From NCBI GenBank assembly GCA_020631955.1, contig JACKGL010000003.1, positions 8,059 through 72,058 on the forward strand: a stretch of 64,000 bases of DNA, in the 5' to 3' direction. Positions 7,961-16,870 of the stretch are shown here, in pieces. This DNA is from Candidatus Nomurabacteria bacterium (GTDB taxonomy: Bacteria > Patescibacteriota > Minisyncoccia > Phycocordibacterales > UBA9973). Numbering within the stretch: the first letter of the stretch is position 1; each line of letters starts with the position of its first letter. The notes under the pieces were generated by a model that was not told where the DNA came from, ran no database searches, and saw only the letters and a list, made by a program, of their open reading frames with translations. Position numbers and translations under genes: made by a program.

Positions 7961-9415
7961 ATGAAAGTCCTAGAAGAACTGCTAAAAGGTGTGGATATAT
8001 TTGAGCAGACAGGACCTTCTGCTATAGAAGTAAGTGCAATATGTTTTGATACACGTGAGGAAATAATTCCACAATCAGTGTTTGTGGCTATTAGAGGTAC
8101 TAAAGTAGACGGGCATGACTTTATAGACACTGCCATAGAAAAAGGCGCTATAGCTGTAGTATGTGATGAAATACCAGAAAATGCTGCTAAGGGTGTAACT
8201 TATATAAAAGTGGAAAGTACAAATCTTTCACTACCTATAATGTGTCACAACTTTTATGACAATCCATCTAATATATTAAAAGTAGTAGGTGTGACCGGTA
8301 CCAATGGTAAGACAACAATAGCTACACTACTTTACCAGCTTTTCGAAGGGTCAGGTAAAAAGTCAGCACTTTTATCTACCGTTGAGTGTAAAATAGGTGA
8401 CAAGGTTTATCCTGCTACTCATACTACTCCAGACCCACTCAGGTTGGCCAAGATGATGAATGAAGCTGTTTCTTATGGAGCGGAATATGTATTTATGGAA
8501 GTGTCTTCTCATGCACTAGATCAAGGTAGAGTAGAAGGTATCAACTTCCGCGCTGCTATATTTACCAACCTTACTTTAGACCATCTTGATTATCATAAAA
8601 CTTTTGAGAATTATAGAGATGCAAAGAAAATACTTTTTGATAATTTATCAAGAAACAGTGTAGCTATAATAAACACAGATGACGAAAATGGGCAGTATAT
8701 GGTAAGAGATACGAAGGCAAAAGTAGTGACAGTAAGCAACAAGAGTACCAGTGACTATATGTATAAAGTAGTAGATATGAATATGGATAATATGGAACTT
8801 TTAGTAAACAACAATACATTTTCTTTGAATCTTGTTGGGCAGTATAATGCTACTAACTTTGTAGAAGTTTTAGCCACAGCAAAAGAGCTCGGACTTGATC
8901 TAGAAGAGATAAAAAATATATCCAGCAGCCTTTCTGGTGCTAGAGGAAGATTGGAAAAAATAGTATCGAAGTCTGGTGTCTATGGTATTGTAGATTATGC
9001 TCATACTCCAGATGCACTTAGCAATGTTCTCGGTACTATTTTAGAGATAAAAAAAGAAGATCAAAATATTATCACAGTAGTTGGTTGTGGTGGAGACAGA
9101 GATAAAACTAAAAGACCAGTCATGGCTAAAGTAGCTTTTGAAAAATCCAACTACACTGTATTTACTTCTGACAACCCTCGTAGTGAAGATCCTGAAACTA
9201 TAATAGATGATATGCTCTCTGACTTACCAAAAGGTTCACCTAAATATGAAAGAGTCACAGACAGAAGGGAAGCTATAAAAAGAGCTGTGTCTTTAGCTAA
9301 GTCAGGTGATATTGTGCTCGTAGCTGGTAAAGGACATGAAGAATATCAAGAAATAAATGGAGTAAAGAATCATTTTTCTGATAAAGAAGAAATAGAAAAA
9401 GTTTTTGGTTTATAA
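7961..9415 (+). CDS. murE: UDP-N-acetylmuramoyl-L-alanyl-D-glutamate--2,6-diaminopimelate ligase (MurE)
   Basis: GVTGTNGKTT P-loop and DNPR motif (TSDNPRSEDP), indicating meso-DAP specificity. ATG at 7961 has GGAG upstream; the ORF-track start at 7943 lies inside a hairpin. Confidence 0.93.
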   Translation: MKVLEELLKGVDIFEQTGPSAIEVSAICFDTREEIIPQSVFVAIRGTKVDGHDFIDTAIEKGAIAVVCDEIPENAAKGVTYIKVESTNLSLPIMCHNFYDNPSNILKVVGVTGTNGKTTIATLLYQLFEGSGKKSALLSTVECKIGDKVYPATHTTPDPLRLAKMMNEAVSYGAEYVFMEVSSHALDQGRVEGINFRAAIFTNLTLDHLDYHKTFENYRDAKKILFDNLSRNSVAIINTDDENGQYMVRDTKAKVVTVSNKSTSDYMYKVVDMNMDNMELLVNNNTFSLNLVGQYNATNFVEVLATAKELGLDLEEIKNISSSLSGARGRLEKIVSKSGVYGIVDYAHTPDALSNVLGTILEIKKEDQNIITVVGCGGDRDKTKRPVMAKVAFEKSNYTVFTSDNPRSEDPETIIDDMLSDLPKGSPKYERVTDRREAIKRAVSLAKSGDIVLVAGKGHEEYQEINGVKNHFSDKEEIEKVFGL

Positions 9416-9416
9416 T

Positions 9417-10766
9417 ATGCAAAAAAAATATTACGAACATTATTTTAAGGGAAAGAGGGTGACTATAATGGGCTTGGGTCTTTTGGGTAGAAGTCTGCAG
9501 GTGGCGCAGTTTGTAGCACAATGTGGTGCTATAGTAACAGTAACTGACCTAAAAGATAAAAAAACTTTAGAAAAATCAATCTCCAAACTAAAAAAACATA
9601 AAATAAAATATGTTTTAGGTAAACACGATCTGAAAGACTTTGAAAATGTAGATATGGTAATAAAAGCTCCTGGGGTACCTATGGATTCTCCGTATATAAC
9701 ACATGCAAGAAAAAATGGGGTAGATGTAGTTATGGATGCATCACTTTTCTCTAGGATAGCGTCATTTGTACGTGTTGTAGGAGTAACTGGCACCCGAGGT
9801 AAATCTATTACTACAAGTGCTATATACCACACATTAAAATCCAATGAAAAAAGTCTAAAGTGCAGTGTGTATTCTGGCGGTAACCTCCGCGGACAAGCTA
9901 CATTACCATTACTTAAAAAAGTGAAAGAAGGTGATATAGTAGTCTTAGAGCTGGACTCATGGCAACTGCAAGGCTTTGGAGATGAGAAAATATCTCCTAA
10001 CGTGTCTGTATTTACTTCTTTTATGCAAGATCATATGAACTATTATGGAGGAAGTATGAAAAGATATTTTGCTGATAAAGCAAATATATTTAAATATCAA
10101 ACTAAAAATGATTTTCTTGTCATAAGACCGAAAATGAAAGAATGGATAAATAAAAATGATGCAAAAGGAAAATTGATAGTAGCAAATAAAAACAAAATAT
10201 CTGGGTACAAGCTCAGTGTCTTTGGTGATTATAATCTGAAAAACATGGCTTGTGTGTATGAAGTCGCAAAGATATTTGATCTAAGCGATATAAAAATAAA
10301 AAAATCACTCGAGACCTTTCCTGGTCTTGAAGGAAGAATGCAGCTTATCGGGAGTTTTAAAGGTATAGATGTATACAATGACAACAACTCTACTACTCCA
10401 CAGGCCACAGTCGCTGGTATAGAGGCTCTAGTGAAGTATAAGAACAAGAAAGGTAAAATAGTACTCATAGCTGGTGGAAATGATAAAAATATAGATATAA
10501 GTGATCTACAAAAAAATATTAAGAAAAATATAAAGCACGTTTTCCTTATACCCGGCACAGGTACTGAAAGACTGGTTTCTTCACTAGGTAATGCAAGCAA
10601 CGTAGACGTCTGTAGAAGTCTAAAGCAAGCGATGGACAAATCCACAAAGTTGGCAAAAAGGGGAGATGTGATACTTTTCTCACCCGGATTTTCTTCTTTC
10701 TCACAGTATAATAATGAATATGAAAGAAATGATGAATTTATTAAGTTGGTAAATAAACTAAAATAA
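9417..10766 (+). CDS. murD: UDP-N-acetylmuramoylalanine--D-glutamate ligase (MurD)
   Basis: N-terminal Rossmann-like GLGLLGRS, GVTGTRGKS P-loop. ATG 9417 follows directly after the murE stop. Confidence 0.9.
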   Translation: MQKKYYEHYFKGKRVTIMGLGLLGRSLQVAQFVAQCGAIVTVTDLKDKKTLEKSISKLKKHKIKYVLGKHDLKDFENVDMVIKAPGVPMDSPYITHARKNGVDVVMDASLFSRIASFVRVVGVTGTRGKSITTSAIYHTLKSNEKSLKCSVYSGGNLRGQATLPLLKKVKEGDIVVLELDSWQLQGFGDEKISPNVSVFTSFMQDHMNYYGGSMKRYFADKANIFKYQTKNDFLVIRPKMKEWINKNDAKGKLIVANKNKISGYKLSVFGDYNLKNMACVYEVAKIFDLSDIKIKKSLETFPGLEGRMQLIGSFKGIDVYNDNNSTTPQATVAGIEALVKYKNKKGKIVLIAGGNDKNIDISDLQKNIKKNIKHVFLIPGTGTERLVSSLGNASNVDVCRSLKQAMDKSTKLAKRGDVILFSPGFSSFSQYNNEYERNDEFIKLVNKLK

Positions 10767-12061
10767 TGAATTTTGATGAGGTAAAAAAAGTATATTTTCT
10801 CGGTATCGGTGGTATAGGGGTGTCTGCTATAGCTAGAATGTTCAAGTCAGAAGGTAAAGATGTTTCTGGTATAGACGCTAGTGACTCTGTGATCATAGAA
10901 GGACTTAGAAAAGAAGGTATAGAAGTGCTCATAGGTTCCAACTCCAGTAGTGTTCCCCCAGGTACTGATTTGGCGGTCTACACTAGAGCTCTAGAAGTAG
11001 CAGACGCTCATATACTAGAAGAAGTAAAAAGTACAGGTGTGCAAGTCATGTCATATCCAGAAGTGCTAAATAAAGTATCTTCTGACAAATACACTATAGC
11101 AGTATCTGGTATGCATGGTAAAACCACCACCACAGCAATGTGTTCACATATATGGAGCGATCTTGGTAAAAGCCCTACCACAATAGTAGGCTCTATAATG
11201 AAAGAAACAGGTAGTAACTATCTTCATGGAGAAAGTGAGTACTTTATTGTAGAAGCTGATGAATATAGAAGAAGTTTTCTTCATCTTAGCCCAAAGATAC
11301 TTATCATTACCAACATAGAAGAAGATCATCTAGATTATTATAAAGACCTAGAAGATATAAAAGACGCTTTTCATGTTTTGGCACAAAAGGTTCCTAAAGA
11401 TGGATATATCATATGTGATAACGAAGATGAAATAGTAGCTTCTGTTATCAAAGATACACAAGCTACTGTAGTGGATTATAAAAAGTATATGACTGATATC
11501 CCTACATTACTTACTAAAGGAGAGTTCAATAGAAAAAATGCAGCTTGTGCCGTAGCTGCAGCTGTGTGCTGTGGTATGGATAAAGAAGAAGCTTTTAAAA
11601 GTATAGCTACGTTTAGAGGTACGTGGAGGAGATTTGAATACATAGGAGAGACAGAAAAAGGAGCAAAAGTATATGATGACTATGCTCATCATCCTACAGA
11701 GATAAAAAGCACGCTAAACATGATAAAAGAAGAGTTCCCTGATAAGAAAGTGTATATAGCTTTTCACCCACATCTTTACTCTAGGACCAAGCTCTTGTTT
11801 GAAGGTTTTGCAGAGTCTTTGACAGACCCATTTTTTGAAGTGGTGCTTTTGCCTATTTATCCTGCTAGGGAAGAGTTTGATCCAAGCATAACTTCAGAAA
11901 TGTTGGCAGAAGAGATAGAGAAAAAAGGAGGTAATGCAAGGGTAATAGATACTTTTTCAGAAATAGAGGCTTATTTTGCAAGCATTTTAGGGCCAAATGA
12001 CATACTGGTGACCATGGGAGCAGGGGAATCCAATAAAATAGCGTATAACCTTGCTAAATAG
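10766..12061 (+). CDS. murC: UDP-N-acetylmuramate--L-alanine ligase (MurC)
   Basis: FLGIGGIGVSAIA and GMHGKTTTTAM motifs. Its ATG overlaps the murD TAA (TAATG). Confidence 0.92.
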   Translation: MNFDEVKKVYFLGIGGIGVSAIARMFKSEGKDVSGIDASDSVIIEGLRKEGIEVLIGSNSSSVPPGTDLAVYTRALEVADAHILEEVKSTGVQVMSYPEVLNKVSSDKYTIAVSGMHGKTTTTAMCSHIWSDLGKSPTTIVGSIMKETGSNYLHGESEYFIVEADEYRRSFLHLSPKILIITNIEEDHLDYYKDLEDIKDAFHVLAQKVPKDGYIICDNEDEIVASVIKDTQATVVDYKKYMTDIPTLLTKGEFNRKNAACAVAAAVCCGMDKEEAFKSIATFRGTWRRFEYIGETEKGAKVYDDYAHHPTEIKSTLNMIKEEFPDKKVYIAFHPHLYSRTKLLFEGFAESLTDPFFEVVLLPIYPAREEFDPSITSEMLAEEIEKKGGNARVIDTFSEIEAYFASILGPNDILVTMGAGESNKIAYNLAK

Positions 12062-12113
12062 GGTTTATATGACAATATTATATATACTTTGTAAAGCACC
12101 TTTTCCTAAAAAA

Positions 12114-12136
12114 CCCTTATTTTATAAGGGTTTTTT
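12114..12136 (+). terminator. Terminator after murC
   Basis: CCCTTAT/ATAAGGG stem followed by T6. Confidence 0.7.
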
Positions 12137-12169
12137 AGCTTGACAAGCCTACTTTTTATTGTATAAGTA

Positions 12170-12198
12170 TTGACATATATTCATATCTGTGATACTAT
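12170..12198 (+). promoter_or_regulatory. Strong sigma-70 promoter (TTGACA-17-TACTAT with TGn)
   Basis: TTGACA 12170-12175, TGA TACTAT 12190-12198. A second TTGACA lies at 12140-12145. Confidence 0.6.
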
Positions 12199-12287
12199 TA
12201 AAGGGCTCCAAAATATATTGGAGTTTTTTAATTCCAAGCAAGTCTTGGACATACTGCCTAGGAGTTGACGGAGCGAAACCGTCACAT

Positions 12288-12869
12288 ATGAATAAAAAAA
12301 TAAATAAACTCTTAAGTTCATTTATCGTATTTCCAATGATTACCAGTATTACGACTATCCCAGCGAACATTCCAAGTGGTATAGTTGCACTCAATTCAAA
12401 TACTGAGTTTTCAATCCAAGAATTATTTGAAAAATCAAATTTAGAAGATAATTTAGAAAAAAGCCGTTTAGAGAAAGCTGCAAAGATAGACCAATATCTT
12501 GCTGAGCGCGATATGCCCCTTGCAGGTTTTGGTTATGACATGGTACTCGAAGCGGAAAAAAACAATTTAGACTGGAGACTAGTGGCAGCTATTGGTGTAA
12601 GAGAATCTAGTGGTGGTCGACATGCTTGTAAAAAAGCATCCTTCAATGCCTGGGGATGGCACTCATGTAAGAGTGGTTTCTCAAGTTACGAAAAAGCTAT
12701 TGAAGAAATATCTGCACACTTAGGTGGTAACAACGAAAGAACATCTAGGTATTATGCAGGAAAAACCACTGAGGAAATTATTGATACTTATAATCCTCCT
12801 TACATCGTACCAAAGTATAAATCTCAGGTCTTAGCGATAATGAACAACATAGAGAAACAAGAAATCTAA
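12288..12869 (+). CDS. Putative secreted peptidoglycan hydrolase (glucosaminidase/lysozyme-like motif)
   Basis: N-terminal signal/TM segment MNKKINKLLSSFIVFPMITSITT. Block LVAAIGVRESSGGRHACKKASFNAWGW resembles the ES..G....N.fG motif of muramidase/glucosaminidase families. Start chosen at ATG 12288. Confidence 0.5.
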   Translation: MNKKINKLLSSFIVFPMITSITTIPANIPSGIVALNSNTEFSIQELFEKSNLEDNLEKSRLEKAAKIDQYLAERDMPLAGFGYDMVLEAEKNNLDWRLVAAIGVRESSGGRHACKKASFNAWGWHSCKSGFSSYEKAIEEISAHLGGNNERTSRYYAGKTTEEIIDTYNPPYIVPKYKSQVLAIMNNIEKQEI

Positions 12870-12939
12870 AACAAAAATCACCCCAAAAGGGTGATTTTTG
12901 TATTAAAAAACCCACCTTTTTAGGAGGCGGGCTATAAGT

Positions 12940-13563
12940 TCAGGATGCAGCTCTGTAAAGCGCATCTCTGTATCGGATGAATAAGTCTTCTATAGCATCT
13001 TTATTATCGAGCCCGAGAGCTTTTACAATAAAGTGATGCACATGATCTTTGTCTGCACGAAGTGCATTGAGATCTCGCACGCAAGACTCTATATAATCCT
13101 GCAACGGGTCGGGGGAATATACCTTTCTTTTATACTTCTTCTCTTTATTCTTGAGTTCTTTGGAAATGGCACTCAAGAACTCAGAAGGGCTTACTCTAGG
13201 CATCTCTTTGGCCCAGTAAAGATATACAAGAAAAAGGAAAATGACATTTTTGGCTTTTGTTTTGCCGTCTATCATTTTTTGAAACCTTTCTTTGAAACTT
13301 CTGGCCAGCACTTTGGTATCGCTTTTTGCAAACAATGCCTCTGTCTCATCTTCCATTTCAGGAAGATTGCTGGCGACTATAGCTTGACCTTTTTTGATGG
13401 TATCACAAGATATCATCAGTAGGCCACGGTCCAATGAAACATGATCCATAGTGTCTCTGTAGTGTGCTTTCCAGCTGTAATACTTATTGTTCAGCTTTCT
13501 GGTTATTATAGGTATCACCTCATAGTCTATTGAGGTCATCCTTTGGTATGAAGAAGATCCCAT
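12940..13563 (-). CDS. Hypothetical protein (207 aa), atypical composition, TGA stop
   Basis: Long ORF with terminators on both sides; no motif recognised. Richer in CTG/GGG-type codons than its neighbours. Confidence 0.6.
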   Translation of the reverse strand: MGSSSYQRMTSIDYEVIPIITRKLNNKYYSWKAHYRDTMDHVSLDRGLLMISCDTIKKGQAIVASNLPEMEDETEALFAKSDTKVLARSFKERFQKMIDGKTKAKNVIFLFLVYLYWAKEMPRVSPSEFLSAISKELKNKEKKYKRKVYSPDPLQDYIESCVRDLNALRADKDHVHHFIVKALGLDNKDAIEDLFIRYRDALYRAAS

Positions 13564-13687
13564 ATATTCTGTTTTGGTTTGTCTTTAAAATACCAGTATT
13601 TTATGGATATTTCAAGGTATTTACAAAAATACAAATATGTGGTAATGTGTGGGTAAATAATTCTGCAAATACTTTAATTTTACTGAT

Positions 13688-14245
13688 ATGAAAAAACGCT
13701 TTAAATTATTACTTCCAGCCTTTTTGGCTGCTGTTGCACTCACTTCATGCTCTAAAAGCATGGTGAGTATCACCACTGCTTATACAAAGGATTCAGCAGA
13801 TACCTCTGCTGTCATCAACAAACAGGATCTGATGGCAACACAGGTTTACCTGAAGGGGTCTTTCACTCTGACGAGAAATATTCTCGATGGGGAAAAATCC
13901 GTTAAACCAGAGAGGATCAAAGTTGTAGATGGACAACAGATCGAAGAGATCACTTTCGAGGATGGGTTACCGGTGATTATTCAGAGTTTCAATGATAGCA
14001 TCGCAATGGTAATGTTCGAAGAAGACTGCGAATGCACTATTCGTTTCGGACCTAATGGGTCTGGGGTGTACCAGCTCATGGCTGTTTTGAGAAAATCGAA
14101 CAGTGGTACGTACTTGACTTTGAAGTATGAAGGAAAAGTTTGGGGTGTAAAGTATTCTTTTCCGCCAACTCTTGAGTTCAATTTACTCAGAGAGAAGAAA
14201 GTTAAAAAGGACTCTAGGTCGGCGGATGGAGTTAAGATGAAGTAA
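13688..14245 (+). CDS. Hypothetical lipoprotein
   Basis: Signal peptide with lipobox LLLPAFLAAVALTSCSK; atypical codon usage compared with flanking genes. Confidence 0.65.
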   Translation: MKKRFKLLLPAFLAAVALTSCSKSMVSITTAYTKDSADTSAVINKQDLMATQVYLKGSFTLTRNILDGEKSVKPERIKVVDGQQIEEITFEDGLPVIIQSFNDSIAMVMFEEDCECTIRFGPNGSGVYQLMAVLRKSNSGTYLTLKYEGKVWGVKYSFPPTLEFNLLREKKVKKDSRSADGVKMK

Positions 14246-14247
14246 CT

Positions 14248-14290
14248 GAACACCTGTGGGAGATATATAAGTCTCCTACAGGTGTTTTTT
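14248..14290. terminator. Bidirectional terminator between convergent genes
   Basis: ACACCTGTGGGAGA...TCTCCTACAGGTGT long stem followed by T-run. Confidence 0.7.
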
Positions 14291-15371
14291 AATATTGATT
14301 CATGAAAGAAATGATATCTGTAAGATATTTTCCTATGATACCTTCCTTGTCGTGTCCATATCCAGTAGCTGTGATAAATGTAGTAGATATACCAGCAGCT
14401 TGCATTAGAGGTACTAACTCGGTACTTTCTGTGTAAGGTACTGTCTGATCCACTGTACCGTGAATGATAAGGAAAGGAGGGTCTCCGGCGTTGAGGTAGT
14501 TGTCTATAGCGAGGTCAGTTCTATCAGGGCAACTTCCATAAGGAGCACAGCCAAATATTTCATAAGTAAAAGGTAGTATGGAAGATGATATATCATCTAT
14601 CTGGTTTTTTACCAAAGATCCAAAAAGATTGATCACTGCAGTAGGACGACTAGAATAAGATGTGTTGCCGCCAGTATTACCTTCAAAAGCACTATCACCA
14701 CTCGTTACACCTGTAAGTGAAGCAATAAGACCTCCCGAAGAAGTACCGAGTACAAATATGTTGTTTGGATCTATACCCAAAGATGAAGAGTTGGCACGCA
14801 TATATCTGATAGCGCCTTTTATATCTTCTACTTGAGCAGGGAACAGTGCCACTTCCATAGAGCGATACTCTATAGCAGCTATGGCATAACCGTATTTTGT
14901 AAAATCATCTTCAAATCCTTTTGCAGTATTTGTACCGCCAGGACCAAAACCCCCACCATGTATCCATATCATCACAGGTAGTGCACCAACAGGGTTTTTA
15001 GGTTTGATGAGGTTGAAGTCTAGACTTACACCATCTTTGGTAGCGTAGTTTACATTTTGGCTAGTATATTGACCACTGTATACTACCGTAGCTTCTGTGC
15101 TGGTATTGCTGTTTGTGCCGGTTGTGCCTGTTGTACTACCTGAGTTGGTGCCACTGCCAGTATTTGTCGTGGTAGAATTTTCATAATAATTATCTTCGTC
15201 AGTGTTGTTAGTAGTATCTGTTGAGTTTGTTGACGAAGATGTGTTGGTTGAGGTTGTGTTTGTATAGTCTGTATGAATAGAGTTATTTTTTATGGTTACC
15301 CCAAAATAAATCCCTATAATAAATAGTAGTGTTATAGATATTATTAAATGTATTTTATTTATTTCAAACAT
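14289..15371 (-). CDS. Membrane-anchored alpha/beta-hydrolase (esterase/lipase) with Ser/Thr/Asn-rich linker
   Basis: Oxyanion motif WIHGGGFGPGG, nucleophile elbow GTSSGG (GxSxG), C-terminal GYGHD. N-terminal TM helix followed by low-complexity TNTSS repeats. Confidence 0.85.
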   Translation of the reverse strand: MFEINKIHLIISITLLFIIGIYFGVTIKNNSIHTDYTNTTSTNTSSSTNSTDTTNNTDEDNYYENSTTTNTGSGTNSGSTTGTTGTNSNTSTEATVVYSGQYTSQNVNYATKDGVSLDFNLIKPKNPVGALPVMIWIHGGGFGPGGTNTAKGFEDDFTKYGYAIAAIEYRSMEVALFPAQVEDIKGAIRYMRANSSSLGIDPNNIFVLGTSSGGLIASLTGVTSGDSAFEGNTGGNTSYSSRPTAVINLFGSLVKNQIDDISSSILPFTYEIFGCAPYGSCPDRTDLAIDNYLNAGDPPFLIIHGTVDQTVPYTESTELVPLMQAAGISTTFITATGYGHDKEGIIGKYLTDIISFMNQY

Positions 15372-15372
15372 A

Positions 15373-15741
15373 TTAATTTATACTTATATTCCAACTTTTA
15401 ATCTGTTCATACTCATTTCCATTTTTATCGCTAAATATCAGCTCATATTGGCCTGGTTTTAGTATTTTATCTAGGTCTGTGTTTTTACTTAAAACATCCT
15501 CCACTTCCATAACAATATTTCCACTTTCATTTTTCACTGTGAGTTTTATATATGTGTAGCCTAGGTTTTGTATCAAAGTATTACTTTTGTCTTTTCCATT
15601 TACAATAAAAGCTGGATTTTCAGTACTCAGCGTATTATTTGAGTTGGAAAATGTAGGCGTTATATAGCCTATAGCTATACCTATACATCCGCTTACGATT
15701 AGTACTACCAAAAGTGTCCAAATACGTACTTTTATTTTCAT
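15373..15741 (-). CDS. Small membrane-anchored/lipoprotein-like hypothetical protein
   Basis: Signal/TM segment LLVVLIVSGC; 1-nt gap to the downstream hydrolase gene. Confidence 0.65.
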   Translation of the reverse strand: MKIKVRIWTLLVVLIVSGCIGIAIGYITPTFSNSNNTLSTENPAFIVNGKDKSNTLIQNLGYTYIKLTVKNESGNIVMEVEDVLSKNTDLDKILKPGQYELIFSDKNGNEYEQIKSWNISIN

Positions 15742-15804
15742 GTTAATATTATAAAATATAATGATCTAAATAGCCATGCTATAATAACAGCAAAATTCGT
15801 TGCT

Positions 15805-16860
15805 ATGAATCGAGGATCTGTATCTGTTTTACTTGGTGGTATGTTGCTGAGTGTTTGCATGATTTTATTCAATATACTTGGTTGGGGTGGAAAAGAGAAA
15901 GAAAAAGAGTCTGAAAAACCAAAAAAAGAATACTATGTAAACCTACCTGACACTCTCACTATCACAGAAGGTGAAGTAGTCACAGTGAGATTTACCTGTA
16001 GTCCTGATCTTTATATAGATTCTGTCATCTGGCATGATAAAGAAGTGAAGTGTTTTGGTAAAGACACAACCCACTTTTTCTTTATTGGATGTCAGGCCGG
16101 GGTAGAGGATTCTATAGAAAGTTATACTATCTGGATGCAAGGCTTTGGTTTTTCTGGATATGTTAGGATAGAGAAAAATGATACTTTCATCGTCAGAGCC
16201 AAAGGTGTGAGTGATTATGAATATGAAAGAAGTAGTTACTTAGACTCTTTGGAGAAAATAAACTTTTCCTTTGTACCTATATCTTCTCCAGTATTTACCG
16301 ACCTCTTTATCATGCCGCTGGTACAGTATAAGACCACTTCTCCTTATGGTGTGATCAGAAAAATATTTCCAGACGGCAGTAAAAGATATCACTCTGGTAC
16401 TGATATCGCTCCTTTGATATCTGGCACAAAAGGAGTGCATGTCTTATCTGTGAATGACGGTATAGTGGTGGCTACTGGTTTTGATCCCGTCTACAGTGGT
16501 AACTTTGTCATCATAGACCATGGTGGAGGTATAATCTCTTCTTACTCACACTTAGAGAAAATCTTAGTAGAAAAAGGTGAGCTTGTACTAAGAGGAGAAA
16601 CTATAGGTATCATGGGAGAAACAGGTAACGCTCAAGGTATACACTTGCATTTTTCGCTTCGGGTGAACATGCAGCTGGTAGACATGGAATGGTTTGTGGA
16701 AAATCAAAAATCCTTGTTTGGTTTTATGATAAAAAGCAAAGCCAGATATTGGGAAAGAATAGATCTTTTTATAAAAAGGCCACACTTGGCCTTTTTTTAT
16801 TATATTGATTGCGTGATAAAATATTATAATAATGTTAGTAAATATCGAAAAAAATACTAA
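15805..16860 (+). CDS. M23 family metallopeptidase (LytM-like)
   Basis: HSGTDIA, IIDHGGGIISSYSHL and GNAQGIHLHF motifs. The last ~28 codons read through a terminator hairpin (16776-16799), so the 3' end is uncertain. Confidence 0.85.
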   Translation: MNRGSVSVLLGGMLLSVCMILFNILGWGGKEKEKESEKPKKEYYVNLPDTLTITEGEVVTVRFTCSPDLYIDSVIWHDKEVKCFGKDTTHFFFIGCQAGVEDSIESYTIWMQGFGFSGYVRIEKNDTFIVRAKGVSDYEYERSSYLDSLEKINFSFVPISSPVFTDLFIMPLVQYKTTSPYGVIRKIFPDGSKRYHSGTDIAPLISGTKGVHVLSVNDGIVVATGFDPVYSGNFVIIDHGGGIISSYSHLEKILVEKGELVLRGETIGIMGETGNAQGIHLHFSLRVNMQLVDMEWFVENQKSLFGFMIKSKARYWERIDLFIKRPHLAFFYYIDCVIKYYNNVSKYRKKY

Positions 16861-16870
16861 ATGGTGGGGT

